Origin: Anaerolineales bacterium
GTDB lineage: Bacteria > Chloroflexota > Anaerolineae > Anaerolineales > UBA11858
DNA: 64,000 nt
Direction: 5' to 3'
NCBI GenBank assembly: GCA_028278545.1
Contig: JANQED010000138.1
Location: forward strand, 29,237-93,236
The translations under genes and the position numbers were made by a program. Each line of letters opens with the position of its first letter. The stretch's first letter is position 1. The notes below the pieces were generated by a model. It saw only the letters and a list, made by a program, of their open reading frames with translations. It was not told where the DNA came from and did no database searches. Below, in pieces: positions 18,626 to 28,133 of this stretch.

Positions 18626-19564
18626 ATGAATTTTCTAGTTACCGGCGCAGCCGGATTTTTAGGCTCGGCCCTGGCAAATCACCTGGCCCATGACGGACAT
18701 CAGGTGCGCGGCCTTGATGACCTCTCCAAAGGTGATCCCGAGATGCTGGATAAAAGCGTGCACTTCACGCGCGGGGATGTCAACGACCGGCCCAAGCTCT
18801 GGACCCTGCTCCAAGATGTCGATTGCGTCTATCACCTGGCGGCACGGGTTTCGGTACCCGAGTCCGTGCTCTATCCGCGGGAGTACAACGCTGTCAACGT
18901 GGGGGGCACCGTCAGCCTGATGGAGGCTATGCGCGATGTCGGGGTCCGAAGGGTAGTTTTCATATCTTCTGGGGCTATCTACGGGGAACAAGAAGAACAA
19001 CCTCTACACGAGAACCTCACCCCAAACCCGGACTCGCCTTACGCGGTCTCGAAACTATCTTCTGAATTCTATATCCGCACCATCGGACAGCTTTGGGGGA
19101 TAGAGACGGTCAGTTTGCGGGTTTTCAATGCCTACGGCCCAGGTCAGCACCTGCCGCCATCTCACTCGCCGGTAATCCCGAACTTCCTGCGTCAAGCCGT
19201 GCGGGATGGCAGCATCGTCATCCGTGGAGATGGCGGGCAAACCCGCGATTATGTCTATCTCGACGATGTGGTCAGGGCGATGATCGCTGCTTCAACTGCG
19301 CCTTCGGTCGACGGGCAGGTTATCAATATAGGCAGTGGTACAGAAACCAGCGTACGCAGGATAGGCCGTATGGTCATTGAGCTCATCGACAGCCAAGCAG
19401 AGACTATTTTCAACCCCCGATCCAACTCTGGGGTCGCACGTATGTGCGCCGACCTGACTTTAGCCAAAGAGAAATTGGGTTATCAGCCCCAAGTACCCCT
19501 GGATGAGGGTCTGCGCGTGACCATCGAAAAAGACTCGCGCTTCCAGAGAGAAAAGATACTCTAA
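18626..19564 (+). CDS. NAD-dependent epimerase/dehydratase (UDP-sugar 4-epimerase-like SDR)
   Basis: VTGAAGFLGSAL Rossmann motif, YAVSKLSSE (YxxxK). Confidence 0.85.
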   Translation: MNFLVTGAAGFLGSALANHLAHDGHQVRGLDDLSKGDPEMLDKSVHFTRGDVNDRPKLWTLLQDVDCVYHLAARVSVPESVLYPREYNAVNVGGTVSLMEAMRDVGVRRVVFISSGAIYGEQEEQPLHENLTPNPDSPYAVSKLSSEFYIRTIGQLWGIETVSLRVFNAYGPGQHLPPSHSPVIPNFLRQAVRDGSIVIRGDGGQTRDYVYLDDVVRAMIAASTAPSVDGQVINIGSGTETSVRRIGRMVIELIDSQAETIFNPRSNSGVARMCADLTLAKEKLGYQPQVPLDEGLRVTIEKDSRFQREKIL

Positions 19565-19741
19565 ACCACCGTTTCTCATCCCAAGACTCACCACGGGATC
19601 GCTCACGGGGAACTCTCATGCTACGTGTCCCTGGTTTGAGCGTAAATTGGGGCAGACTCCCCCGTCACTAAAAACCACCTTGAGGGGTTAAAGTAGTTGT
19701 TAGAGCCGAGAAGCTTTCTCAGGCAAACCATAATTCCAATG

Positions 19742-19770
19742 AAGATTGAAAAAGCAGATTCTTCAATCTT
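19742..19770 (+). promoter_or_regulatory. 9-bp inverted repeat immediately upstream of the fabI RBS (candidate operator or 5'-UTR hairpin)
   Basis: AAGATTGAA (19742-19750), 11-nt spacer, TTCAATCTT (19762-19770). The fabI ATG is at 19787. Confidence 0.45.
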
Positions 19771-19786
19771 ATACACTGGAGGAAAA

Positions 19787-20584
19787 ATGAAACTACTCAA
19801 AGGAAAAACAGCACTGATCTTTGGCCTGGCCAATAAACGCTCCATCGCCTGGGGAATCGCGCAGGCATTCCATCAGCATGGTGCACAGTTGGGTTTTAGC
19901 TACGCTGGTGAAGCGCTGGAACGACGTGTAAACCCCCTGGCCGATTCCCTGGGAGTGACATTTGTAGAATCCTGCGATGTCTCCAAGGATGAAGACATCG
20001 CCCAAGTTGTCGCCAAAGCAAAAGAAGCCTTCGGTGAGATTGACATCCTCATCCATTCCATCGGTTTCGCTAACCGTGATGAGTTGCAAGGGCCCTACTA
20101 CAACACCAGCCGCGAGGGCTTTCGGTTGGCGATGGATATCAGCGTCTACTCCTTCACCGCCCTGGCCAAGGCCTTCCAACCCATCATCCGCCCTGGCGGA
20201 GCACTGCTGACCCTGACCTACAACGGCGGCGATAAAGTCGCTCCCAACTACAACGTGATGGGCGTTGCCAAGGCAGCTCTGGAGGCCTCGACCCGCTACC
20301 TGGCATACGATCTTGGGCCGCAAAATGTGCGCGTCAACGCCATCTCCGCCGGGCCAATCCGCACGCTGGCCGCGGCGGGTGTTTCGGGCTTCAAGACCAT
20401 GTACCGCCAATTCACAGAGTTCGCGCCCCTGCAACAAGAGATCAGCATCGAAGACGTTGGCAACACGGCGGTCTATTTGTGCTCTGATCTGGCCGCTAAA
20501 ACCACCGGTGAAATCGTCTTCGTAGACTCTGGCTACAATATTTTGGGGGTACCCGCCCCGCGCGAGAAAGAAAGTGAACCCTGA
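19787..20584 (+). CDS. fabI: Enoyl-[acyl-carrier-protein] reductase (NADH) FabI
   Basis: MKLLKGKTALIFGLANKRSIAWGIA..., YNVMGVAKAALE (Y-x6-K). Start moved to ATG 19787 (GGAGGA RBS). Confidence 0.93.
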   Translation: MKLLKGKTALIFGLANKRSIAWGIAQAFHQHGAQLGFSYAGEALERRVNPLADSLGVTFVESCDVSKDEDIAQVVAKAKEAFGEIDILIHSIGFANRDELQGPYYNTSREGFRLAMDISVYSFTALAKAFQPIIRPGGALLTLTYNGGDKVAPNYNVMGVAKAALEASTRYLAYDLGPQNVRVNAISAGPIRTLAAAGVSGFKTMYRQFTEFAPLQQEISIEDVGNTAVYLCSDLAAKTTGEIVFVDSGYNILGVPAPREKESEP

Positions 20585-20660
20585 TGCTGGTGATATAATT
20601 CAACGAGAAGTTATAGCCGAATACCCCTAGAAGTTCATCATTCACGGAGGGTTTTCTGAG

Positions 20661-20990
20661 ATGCAAGTATTTCTAATCCTCTCGCTGATTATCGCCGCTC
20701 TGGCGACAATCTTCGCCGTTCAGAACGCCATCCCTACCACAATAAACTTTCTGGTGTGGGAATTTGAAGGTTCGCTGGCTCTGATCCTGCTGATTGCCCT
20801 CATCGCGGGAGCAATGATAAGTTTCTTCGCATCCCTTCCGACACTCATCAGAAGCAGGCTTACCATCAGCAACCTCAACAAGAAACTGGCCGAATCTGAA
20901 AAGAAAATAGAGCAACAAGAAGCTCAACCAGCAACAGGAACTGGAAAACCAGCCCAAGAGAGCCCGATCGATCCAGAAATCAGCCAGTAA
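20661..20990 (+). CDS. LapA-domain (DUF1049) small membrane protein
   Basis: 109 aa, two TM helices, FAVQNAIPTTINFLVWEFEGSLALILL. Confidence 0.7.
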   Translation: MQVFLILSLIIAALATIFAVQNAIPTTINFLVWEFEGSLALILLIALIAGAMISFFASLPTLIRSRLTISNLNKKLAESEKKIEQQEAQPATGTGKPAQESPIDPEISQ

Positions 20991-21090
20991 ATCGTCAGCC
21001 CGTCAGGTCTCAAAATAAGGGAATCGCGCATCGCGGGGCAGGGATGATGTGATCCTTCTTGCCCTGCCGCATGGTAAACTTCAAAAACCT

Positions 21091-21573
21091 ATGTTTAGAA
21101 AGCGAGACGAAATACCCAAAACAACCGATCTTTCCACACCTGCCGCCCGGGTCACCTCCGTGTTGGGGAATGAAATTGCCTGGAAGGGGGCCATAAGCGG
21201 AAGCGGCGGTGTGCGCGTTGAAGGCGCTTTTGACGGCGATATCAACCTGCGCGGCATGTTTGTGGTCGGGCAGACTGGCCGGGTGACCTGCAAGCACGTG
21301 CGCGCCAATATTGTCATCGTCGCTGGGGCATTGCGCGGGGACATCACCGCTGAAAAGATCGAAATCCGCAGCACAGGCCGGGTGTGGGGTGATGTGGTCA
21401 CAGCCGCCTTCTCCACCGAAGAGGGCGCCTTCTTGCGAGGTCAAATCCGCATGGAAGAGAACATCGAGTTGGATGAGCCTATCGGAACGGAAGAAGAAAT
21501 CGAGGCCGAGGCCGAAGACCAACCCGACTCCGATGTTGAAATCGAAGACCAGGAAGATTCTGCAGAAGATTGA
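21091..21573 (+). CDS. Bactofilin-family cytoskeletal protein
   Basis: Beta-helical repeats: G.I.G.G.VRVEG.F.GDI...V.IVAGALRGDITAEKIEIRSTGRVWGDVV. Acidic tail. Start moved to ATG 21091. Confidence 0.8.
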   Translation: MFRKRDEIPKTTDLSTPAARVTSVLGNEIAWKGAISGSGGVRVEGAFDGDINLRGMFVVGQTGRVTCKHVRANIVIVAGALRGDITAEKIEIRSTGRVWGDVVTAAFSTEEGAFLRGQIRMEENIELDEPIGTEEEIEAEAEDQPDSDVEIEDQEDSAED

Positions 21574-22511
21574 AACGCGGCTGGATTCTCCCCTTTGGAT
21601 TAACGATACTCTTGGGGTTGAGTGCCTGCACACTGAAGGACGCCCCCGCGCAGGTTCCTGTTGATTCGTCCACCCCAGGGATGAGCGCGTCCCCAACAGT
21701 CACTCTTCATGTAACCTCATCACCCACGCCATCCCAAACAGCTTCCCTCACCCCTACAGCGACGCCCACGCCCTCCCCCACCCTCACACCCTCCCCATTG
21801 ACTTGTTGGCATGAAGGGGGGCGCATCGAGAACCAGCAAATCGAAACCGAATTGCTCCCCGAACCCCTGGTATTCCGCGTCTACCTGCCGCCGTGTTACG
21901 ACCAGCAACCCGAGAGGGCATACCCTGTTCTTTATCTGCTGCACGGCCAAACCTACACCGACGATCAATGGGATCGCCTGGGGGTAGATGAGATCGCTGA
22001 CAGGCTGATCGCCATAGGAGAAATCCCCCCTTTTATGATCGTCATGCCCCTCGAGCAAGACGATAGCACGCCCCCTCCCGAAAACCCCTACGGGCAGGCA
22101 TTAGTCAAAGAGCTTATCCCTTACATCGACCAGACCTTCCGCACCCACAGTGAGCGAGCAAATCGGGCCATCGGCGGGCTTTCAAGAGGGGGTAACTGGG
22201 CAGTCCATTTGGGGTTGGCCTACTGGGAAGTGTTCGGGACTCTAGGCGGTCATAGCACCCCCTCCTTCGTCACTGATGGGCCGCCGCGCATCCGCGAATA
22301 TCTCCGGGCCATTCCTGCTGACCAGCTACCGCGTATCTATATGGATGCCGGCGAAGACGACGGGTGGATATTTTATACATACAAGCTAGAAGCAGTTCTC
22401 ACCGAAGAAAACATTCCCCATGAGTGGCATCTCTTTCAGGGAACTCATAACGAAATGTATTGGGCCGATCATATCGAAGATTACCTACGCTGGTATACAC
22501 AGGGCTGGTAA
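21570..22511 (+). CDS. Secreted/lipoprotein alpha/beta-hydrolase (putative esterase, enterochelin-esterase-like)
   Basis: Lipobox LLGLSAC, T/P/S-rich linker, YPVLYLLHG, GGLSRGG nucleophile-elbow-like motif. Confidence 0.75.
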   Translation: MKRGWILPFGLTILLGLSACTLKDAPAQVPVDSSTPGMSASPTVTLHVTSSPTPSQTASLTPTATPTPSPTLTPSPLTCWHEGGRIENQQIETELLPEPLVFRVYLPPCYDQQPERAYPVLYLLHGQTYTDDQWDRLGVDEIADRLIAIGEIPPFMIVMPLEQDDSTPPPENPYGQALVKELIPYIDQTFRTHSERANRAIGGLSRGGNWAVHLGLAYWEVFGTLGGHSTPSFVTDGPPRIREYLRAIPADQLPRIYMDAGEDDGWIFYTYKLEAVLTEENIPHEWHLFQGTHNEMYWADHIEDYLRWYTQGW

Positions 22512-22522
22512 ACTAGGCAGAA

Positions 22523-22531
22523 TGATATAAT
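22523..22531 (+). promoter_or_regulatory. Extended -10 promoter (TGaTATAAT) 6 nt upstream of the gatC ATG; predicts a leaderless mRNA
   Basis: TGATATAAT at 22523-22531 and ATG at 22538. No Shine-Dalgarno sequence can fit between them. Confidence 0.5.
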
Positions 22532-22537
22532 CTCCCC

Positions 22538-22825
22538 ATGACCCTGTCTCTAGAACTCGTCGAACATATCGCTGAACTTGCGCGCCTGGAACTCACCGAT
22601 GAGGAGAGATCCCGCTATCGCCAGCAGTTGTCTGAGATACTGGCATATTTTGAAGAACTACAAGCGGTAAACACAGACGATATTTCCCCGACTGCTGGCA
22701 TGCAGTCTGCAACAAATATGCTGCGCCCAGATGAAATCATCGCCGGTCTGGGCATCGAGGATATCCTCCGCAACGCGCCCGATGACACAGATCGCCAGTT
22801 CCGTGTGCCTCCTGTTTTCGAATAG
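22538..22825 (+). CDS. gatC: Asp/Glu-tRNA amidotransferase subunit C
   Basis: 95 aa. VEHIAELARLELTDEE... Confidence 0.92.
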   Translation: MTLSLELVEHIAELARLELTDEERSRYRQQLSEILAYFEELQAVNTDDISPTAGMQSATNMLRPDEIIAGLGIEDILRNAPDDTDRQFRVPPVFE

Positions 22826-22830
22826 ATGTC

Positions 22831-24327
22831 ATGTCCCAGCCAACCGATCTCAATCTAAACCAGGCCGTCCAGGCCCTCTCGAATGGAGAGACCTCCAGCC
22901 GCGAGCTTACCCAGGCTTACTTGGAGCGCATCGATTTTCTGGAGCCTGAGCTTAACGCTTTCGTCACGCTGGATCACGACGGTGTCCTGGCACAGGCGGA
23001 TAAGGCGGATCAGGTACGGGCGGCCTCGAAGAACGGGGGCAAGGAGCAGCATACAGCCCCTTTGCTGGGTGTGCCCGTCGCTATCAAAGATGTGCTGGCT
23101 GTGAAGGGTTTACGCGCCACTGCTGGCTCGAAGATTCTGGAAAGTTTTGTGCCGCCTTATGACGCCACCGCCGTGGAACGCTTACGTCAAACTGGGGCTA
23201 TCATCATCGGCAAAACGAATACCGATGAATTCGCCATGGGGTCTTCCACAGAGAATTCCGCTTACGGCGTGACGCACAACCCCTGGAATATGCGCAGAGT
23301 CCCCGGCGGCTCCAGTGGCGGCAGCGCGGCGGCGGTAGCAGCGCGCATGGTACCCGTGGCACTGGGGACAGATACAGGCGGCAGCGTGCGCCAACCGGCC
23401 TCGTTTTGCGGCGTAACGGGTCTCAAAACGACATACGGCCGCGTCTCCCGGTATGGATTGATTGCCTACGGCTCCTCTCTGGATACCGTTGGGGTGTTAG
23501 GGCAGAACGTGGCGGATGTGGCATTGATCTATAACCTGATCAATGGGCACGATGAGCGCGATGCAACCAGCGCGCAAATGCCCCAGGATGATACCAACCT
23601 CAATGGAAGTGGGCGCCTCCAGGACGTGCGCGTGGGCATCCCCGATGAATATTTCCGAAGCGGCCTTCAGGCCGAAGTTGAGACCGCCGTACGGCAGGCG
23701 ATCCAGGTGCTGGAATCACTGGGCGCAGAAATCCACACCATTCAGATGCCGCACACCCAATACGCCGTCCCGGTATACTACCTGATTGCCCCAGCCGAGG
23801 CCTCCGCAAACCTGGCGCGTTTTGATGGTCTGCGCTACGGGCCGCGCCTTGAGGGAGACAATCTGCGAGACACCTACACCGGCACACGCGGCCAACTTTT
23901 TGGCCGGGAGACCAAGCGGCGCATCATGCTGGGGACCTACGCTCTTTCGGCGGGCTATCAGGATGCCTATTACGGCAAAGCGCAAAAGGTGCGCACCCTG
24001 ATCCAGAGTGATTTCGCACGGGCCTTTGAAAAGGTAGATTTGATCGCTGCCCCGGTAGCCCCGACAACTGCTTTCGAAATCGGCGCGCACCGTGGGGACC
24101 CTCTGTCGATGTATCTTGAAGACATCTACACACTGCCGGCCAACCTGGCTGGCGTCCCAGGGATCGCCTTTCCAGTGGGCTTTGACTCTCAGGGTCTGCC
24201 CATAGGGATGCAACTAATCGGACCGCATTTTCAGGAGCAAATGCTGATGAGCGTCGCTCACAGCTATCAAACCACAACCGGTTGGCATACCATGAAGCCA
24301 GATTTATCGATGATTACACCATGCTAA
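22831..24327 (+). CDS. gatA: Asp/Glu-tRNA amidotransferase subunit A
   Basis: 498 aa. Amidase signature GGSSGGSAAAVA, TDTGGSVRQPA. Confidence 0.96.
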   Translation: MSQPTDLNLNQAVQALSNGETSSRELTQAYLERIDFLEPELNAFVTLDHDGVLAQADKADQVRAASKNGGKEQHTAPLLGVPVAIKDVLAVKGLRATAGSKILESFVPPYDATAVERLRQTGAIIIGKTNTDEFAMGSSTENSAYGVTHNPWNMRRVPGGSSGGSAAAVAARMVPVALGTDTGGSVRQPASFCGVTGLKTTYGRVSRYGLIAYGSSLDTVGVLGQNVADVALIYNLINGHDERDATSAQMPQDDTNLNGSGRLQDVRVGIPDEYFRSGLQAEVETAVRQAIQVLESLGAEIHTIQMPHTQYAVPVYYLIAPAEASANLARFDGLRYGPRLEGDNLRDTYTGTRGQLFGRETKRRIMLGTYALSAGYQDAYYGKAQKVRTLIQSDFARAFEKVDLIAAPVAPTTAFEIGAHRGDPLSMYLEDIYTLPANLAGVPGIAFPVGFDSQGLPIGMQLIGPHFQEQMLMSVAHSYQTTTGWHTMKPDLSMITPC

Positions 24328-25991
24328 AACGGAGAAAAGAACGCCAGACAGGCCCTTTAGAAGCCGCTAAAGAGACCTCCCAGTTGTATCGTGTTTTGGC
24401 GCGCGCCAACCAGATCGCCAGCACAACCGAGTTAGATGATCTATTGCGGGAGATGCTGGACTTGATCATCACGGTCTGCGGCGCGAATACCGGGACTATG
24501 TACCTGCTCGATAAGGACACAAATGAGCTGGTTTTCCAGGTTGTGCGCGGAGACACAACCGAGTCGACGCTCATTGGCCAAAGAATCAGCGTTAATAAAG
24601 GTATCGTCGGCGAATCGGTTCAGAAAAAAGAAGCCGTTTTAGTCGAAGACCTGGCCAGCGATCCGCGCTGGTATGGTCCAATAGGCGATGAGAAAAATCA
24701 ATTAAAGAATGCCATCACATTTCCTCTCTTATTGCGCGGTGAAGCAATCGGGGCAGTCCAGGTGTTCAATTACACACATGCCCCTCTCCAACTGATGCAA
24801 TTCTTGGGCAACCGCATGACCTCGGAATACGAAAAGGCTATACTGCTTCAAAAGAGTGAAGAGCACAGTCAGCGCCTTCAGGTTTTGATCAGCTTGATCG
24901 CCCAGATCAGTTCTACGTTGGACCGCGACCAAATCCTCAGTCTGATCATCGACGAAGCTCGCGGCCTGCTCAACGCCGAGGCTAGCTCTCTATTCCTGCT
25001 GGATAAAGAGAACAACGATCTTGTCTTACACCTTTCTAAAGACGTGCATAAAACCACCCTCCCCCCGCTGCGCATTCCCGCCGATACCGGGATTATTGGG
25101 CACGTAGTCGAAACCGGAGAGGTCGTCAGCGTAAAAGACGTCAGTGAAGATAAACGCCACTACAAAGGCATAGACGAGATTAGTGGTGTGAACACCGAAT
25201 CCCTGTTAGCCGTGCCATTACAAATCCCCAATGTCGTCTTGGGGAGGGAGCGCGGCACGACTGAGGCTCATATCATCGGCGGGGTGGAGGCGATCAACAA
25301 AATCGATGGTTTTTTTGATGAGAATGATACTGAATTGCTCAGCACGCTGGCTAAACAAGCTGCTACAGTTCTGCATATTGCCCAACTCTACACAAACGCC
25401 GATGAACTCTTCCTGAACACGATCAAAGCCCTGGTGGCCGCCATCGATGCCAAAGACCCCTACACCGAGGGGCATTCCCAACGCGTCAGCGACTACAGCG
25501 TCGCGATGGCTGAAGAACTCGGTTTATCCCCCGAGATCCGTCATCAAATCCGCATCGGTGCCCTTTTACATGATATCGGCAAGATCGGTGTGCCAGATTC
25601 CATCCTTTCCAAGCCAGACTGTCTTACCCCGGAAGAGTATGACGAGGTTAAGAAACACCCCGTCATCGGCGCCAATATCATCAAAGAGGTGCGTCTCTTG
25701 CAAGATGAACTCCCGGCGCTCTCCCAACATCATGAACACATGGATGGCAAGGGGTATCCATATGGCTTACGAGGAGATGAAATCTCACCCATAGCCCGTA
25801 TCGTGGCCGTGGCAGACGTCTTCGATGCCCTGACCTCCAACCGACCTTACCGCGATGCCATGGATGTTGAAACTGCGTTGGACATCCTGCGAAAAGAGGC
25901 CGGAGACCATTTAGACACGCAATATGTGGATACGTTTATTGAGGTCTATACCCAGGGCAAAATCCAACCTCAAGAGCGGAAACTCCCTTAA
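24321..25991 (+). CDS. GAF-GAF-HD-GYP domain protein (putative c-di-GMP phosphodiesterase)
   Basis: Two GAF-like regions, then HSQRVS...LLHDIGKIGVP...HHEHMDGKGYPYGL (HD-GYP). Start is either 24282 or 24321; both overlap the gatA 3' end. Confidence 0.85.
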   Translation: MLKRRKERQTGPLEAAKETSQLYRVLARANQIASTTELDDLLREMLDLIITVCGANTGTMYLLDKDTNELVFQVVRGDTTESTLIGQRISVNKGIVGESVQKKEAVLVEDLASDPRWYGPIGDEKNQLKNAITFPLLLRGEAIGAVQVFNYTHAPLQLMQFLGNRMTSEYEKAILLQKSEEHSQRLQVLISLIAQISSTLDRDQILSLIIDEARGLLNAEASSLFLLDKENNDLVLHLSKDVHKTTLPPLRIPADTGIIGHVVETGEVVSVKDVSEDKRHYKGIDEISGVNTESLLAVPLQIPNVVLGRERGTTEAHIIGGVEAINKIDGFFDENDTELLSTLAKQAATVLHIAQLYTNADELFLNTIKALVAAIDAKDPYTEGHSQRVSDYSVAMAEELGLSPEIRHQIRIGALLHDIGKIGVPDSILSKPDCLTPEEYDEVKKHPVIGANIIKEVRLLQDELPALSQHHEHMDGKGYPYGLRGDEISPIARIVAVADVFDALTSNRPYRDAMDVETALDILRKEAGDHLDTQYVDTFIEVYTQGKIQPQERKLP

Positions 25992-26100
25992 GTCACCGTG
26001 GATGTCCTGATAGTAGTCAGGTGAGAGGCAAGCAAAAAGCCATCGCATATTGGTTAGCGTGGCTTTGAATGACAACGTATGTGAATATCTGAGCGCAGCC

Positions 26101-26925
26101 ATGTCCAAACTCAACGATTCCCAATACTTGCTCAAAGAGCAATACCAGGATGCTGAGAAGCTCAATGCCCGCATCCGTCTGCACGTCGAGTTCAGCACCA
26201 ACAAATACGGCTGGCTTCCCTGGGTTTTCGACCATTACAACCTACCCGAAGAGTGCCGCATCCTTGAGTTGGGCTGCGGACAAGGGGATTTATGGCGGGA
26301 GAACATCGAACGCATCCCGACTGGGTGGGAGGTTACCCTCTCAGATTTTTCACCCGGGATGCTGGCCCAGGCCCGGCAGAATTTGGAGGGGCAGCCCCAC
26401 CCCTTTACCTTCGAAGTCATCGACGCCCAGTCGATCCCCTACGATGACGATCACTTCGACGCTGTGATCGCCAACCACTGCATTTACCATTTCCCCGACC
26501 GGTCCAAAGCGTTCTCGGAGATTCGCCGCACGTTGAAAGCAGGCAGCTACCTCTATGCCACCACAATCGGCAGAGCGCATCTCCAGGGAATGGCGGAATT
26601 AGCTTCCAAATTTGAACATCCAATCGAGAATCTCTTCAACACCGATAATAATCCGTTTACGCTGGAAAATGGAGCACCCCAGCTTCGTGAATGGTTCGCG
26701 GATATAGAGCTTGACCGCTACCCAGATTCATTAGATGTGACCGAAGCCGCACCGCTGGTGGATTTCATCATCTCCAGCGTGCGATTCAGCCTGGACGAAA
26801 CCCGCCATGCTGAGTTTCTGACCTTCGTCGAGCGCGAGTTGACAGCCTCTGGAGGGGTGATCCGCATCAAGAAGGACAGTGGCATATTCAAGGCGCGCAA
26901 ACCCGCCTTACAGCACGAATCTTGA
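26101..26925 (+). CDS. Class I SAM-dependent methyltransferase
   Basis: ILELGCGQGDL motif I. An alternative upstream start lies at 26050. Confidence 0.75.
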   Translation: MSKLNDSQYLLKEQYQDAEKLNARIRLHVEFSTNKYGWLPWVFDHYNLPEECRILELGCGQGDLWRENIERIPTGWEVTLSDFSPGMLAQARQNLEGQPHPFTFEVIDAQSIPYDDDHFDAVIANHCIYHFPDRSKAFSEIRRTLKAGSYLYATTIGRAHLQGMAELASKFEHPIENLFNTDNNPFTLENGAPQLREWFADIELDRYPDSLDVTEAAPLVDFIISSVRFSLDETRHAEFLTFVERELTASGGVIRIKKDSGIFKARKPALQHES

Positions 26926-26950
26926 CGGATATCATTTCCAGTGCTAGACT
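26922..26950 (+). promoter_or_regulatory. Promoter of the Lys-leader/lysX unit
   Basis: TTGACG (26922-26927), 17-nt spacer ending in TGC, TAGACT (26945-26950). The leader ATG is 10 nt after the -10 box. Confidence 0.55.
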
Positions 26951-26960
26951 CCACCCCAAT

Positions 26961-27059
26961 ATGTTGATCTCTTTCGTGCACACCTCCGCCAAGAAGTCCA
27001 AGAAGAGCCAAAAGTCGCTGAGTTTTACGGCTTTCGGTCGTTTGAGGTTGCACGGATGA
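26961..27059 (+). CDS. Candidate Lys-codon-rich leader peptide (32 aa)
   Basis: My own translation: [32 protein letters not shown]. Five AAG codons fall within codons 11-18. The ORF lies between the promoter and an intrinsic terminator. Confidence 0.5.
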   Translation: MLISFVHTSAKKSKKSQKSLSFTAFGRLRLHG

Positions 27060-27104
27060 AATCTCTTACTTGATCGAACCAGTTACGATCTACGAACCGC
27101 CCTC

Positions 27105-27150
27105 TGGATTGAAAGCCGCAGAAGGGCGGTTTTTTGTTTTAGAAATTGGA
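27105..27150 (+). terminator. Intrinsic terminator (attenuator) immediately upstream of lysX
   Basis: AACCGCCCT (27105-27113) pairs with AGGGCGGTT (27133-27141), followed by TTTTTGTTTT. The lysX RBS and ATG follow at 27146-27160. Confidence 0.7.
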
Positions 27151-27159
27151 GGTAGCACT

Positions 27160-28119
27160 ATGACATCCCCGCATATCGGTATTTTATTCTCTCGAGTCCG
27201 CGTAGAAGAGAAATGGATCTTTGGGGCTTTAGAACAACGCGGGGTAAAGTTTACCCGCCTTAAAGACGATCAGATCAGGTTCGATCTGGAAAACAAGGGA
27301 GCCTGGTCACAATTCGATGTCCTCCTGGCGCGCAATCTCAGCTACACGCGCGGATTATACGCTTTGCGGGTGCTCAATTCCTGGGGGATTCCAACCGTCA
27401 ACAGCGCCCATGTGGCAGAGACTTGTGGTGATAAGTTGAACACCACGGCTGCGCTGGCACGCGCTGGGATACCGCAGCCGAAAACAGCAATCGCCTTCGC
27501 GCCAGAATCCGCCTTGGAGGCTATCGAGGAAATTGGCTACCCGGTGGTGCTCAAACCAGTGATCGGTTCCTGGGGGCGCTTACTTTCCAAGATCAACGAT
27601 CGCGATGCCGCCGAAACCATCCTGGAGCATAAATCCCTGCTCGGGTCTTACCAACATTCGGTCTTCTATGTGCAGGAATATATCGAAAAGCCCAGCCGGG
27701 ATATCCGCGCTTTTGTGATCAACAACGAAACAGTGTGCGCGATTTATCGCAACTCCGCTCACTGGATCACGAATACGGCGCGCGGCGCTTCAGGAGAGAT
27801 TTGTGTGGTGACCCCAGAGATCGACGATTTATGCGTGAGGGCCGCGAAAGCCGTAGGCGGCGGCGTCCTGGCGATAGACCTTGTCGAACACCCTCAAGAG
27901 GGCTTGCAGGTTCTCGAAGTTAATCACACCATGGAGTTTCATACGACTGTACCGCTCACGGGCGTAGACTTACCCAATATATTGATCGATTACTTATTGG
28001 ATGTGGCAAAGGGCAAGATAGACGATATCAGACAGCACACAATTGCTCCAGAACCACACCACCCTACGGAAACGATGTATTCCCCAACAACCTCTCGGCA
28101 GGAATCATTTAGGGCATAA
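27160..28119 (+). CDS. lysX: LysX-type ATP-grasp ligase (alpha-aminoadipate--LysW ligase candidate)
   Basis: 319 aa from ATG 27160 (GGAGG RBS). [24 protein letters not shown]..., ATP-grasp core. Close paralogue of 31326..32198. Confidence 0.8.
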   Translation: MTSPHIGILFSRVRVEEKWIFGALEQRGVKFTRLKDDQIRFDLENKGAWSQFDVLLARNLSYTRGLYALRVLNSWGIPTVNSAHVAETCGDKLNTTAALARAGIPQPKTAIAFAPESALEAIEEIGYPVVLKPVIGSWGRLLSKINDRDAAETILEHKSLLGSYQHSVFYVQEYIEKPSRDIRAFVINNETVCAIYRNSAHWITNTARGASGEICVVTPEIDDLCVRAAKAVGGGVLAIDLVEHPQEGLQVLEVNHTMEFHTTVPLTGVDLPNILIDYLLDVAKGKIDDIRQHTIAPEPHHPTETMYSPTTSRQESFRA

Positions 28120-28133
28120 CATAAAAAATCACC

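Noticed and set aside
21010-21696. 228-aa minus-strand ORF covering the bactofilin locus
   Set aside because: The plus-strand product has clear bactofilin beta-helix repeats. The minus-strand ORF is low-complexity shadow sequence.
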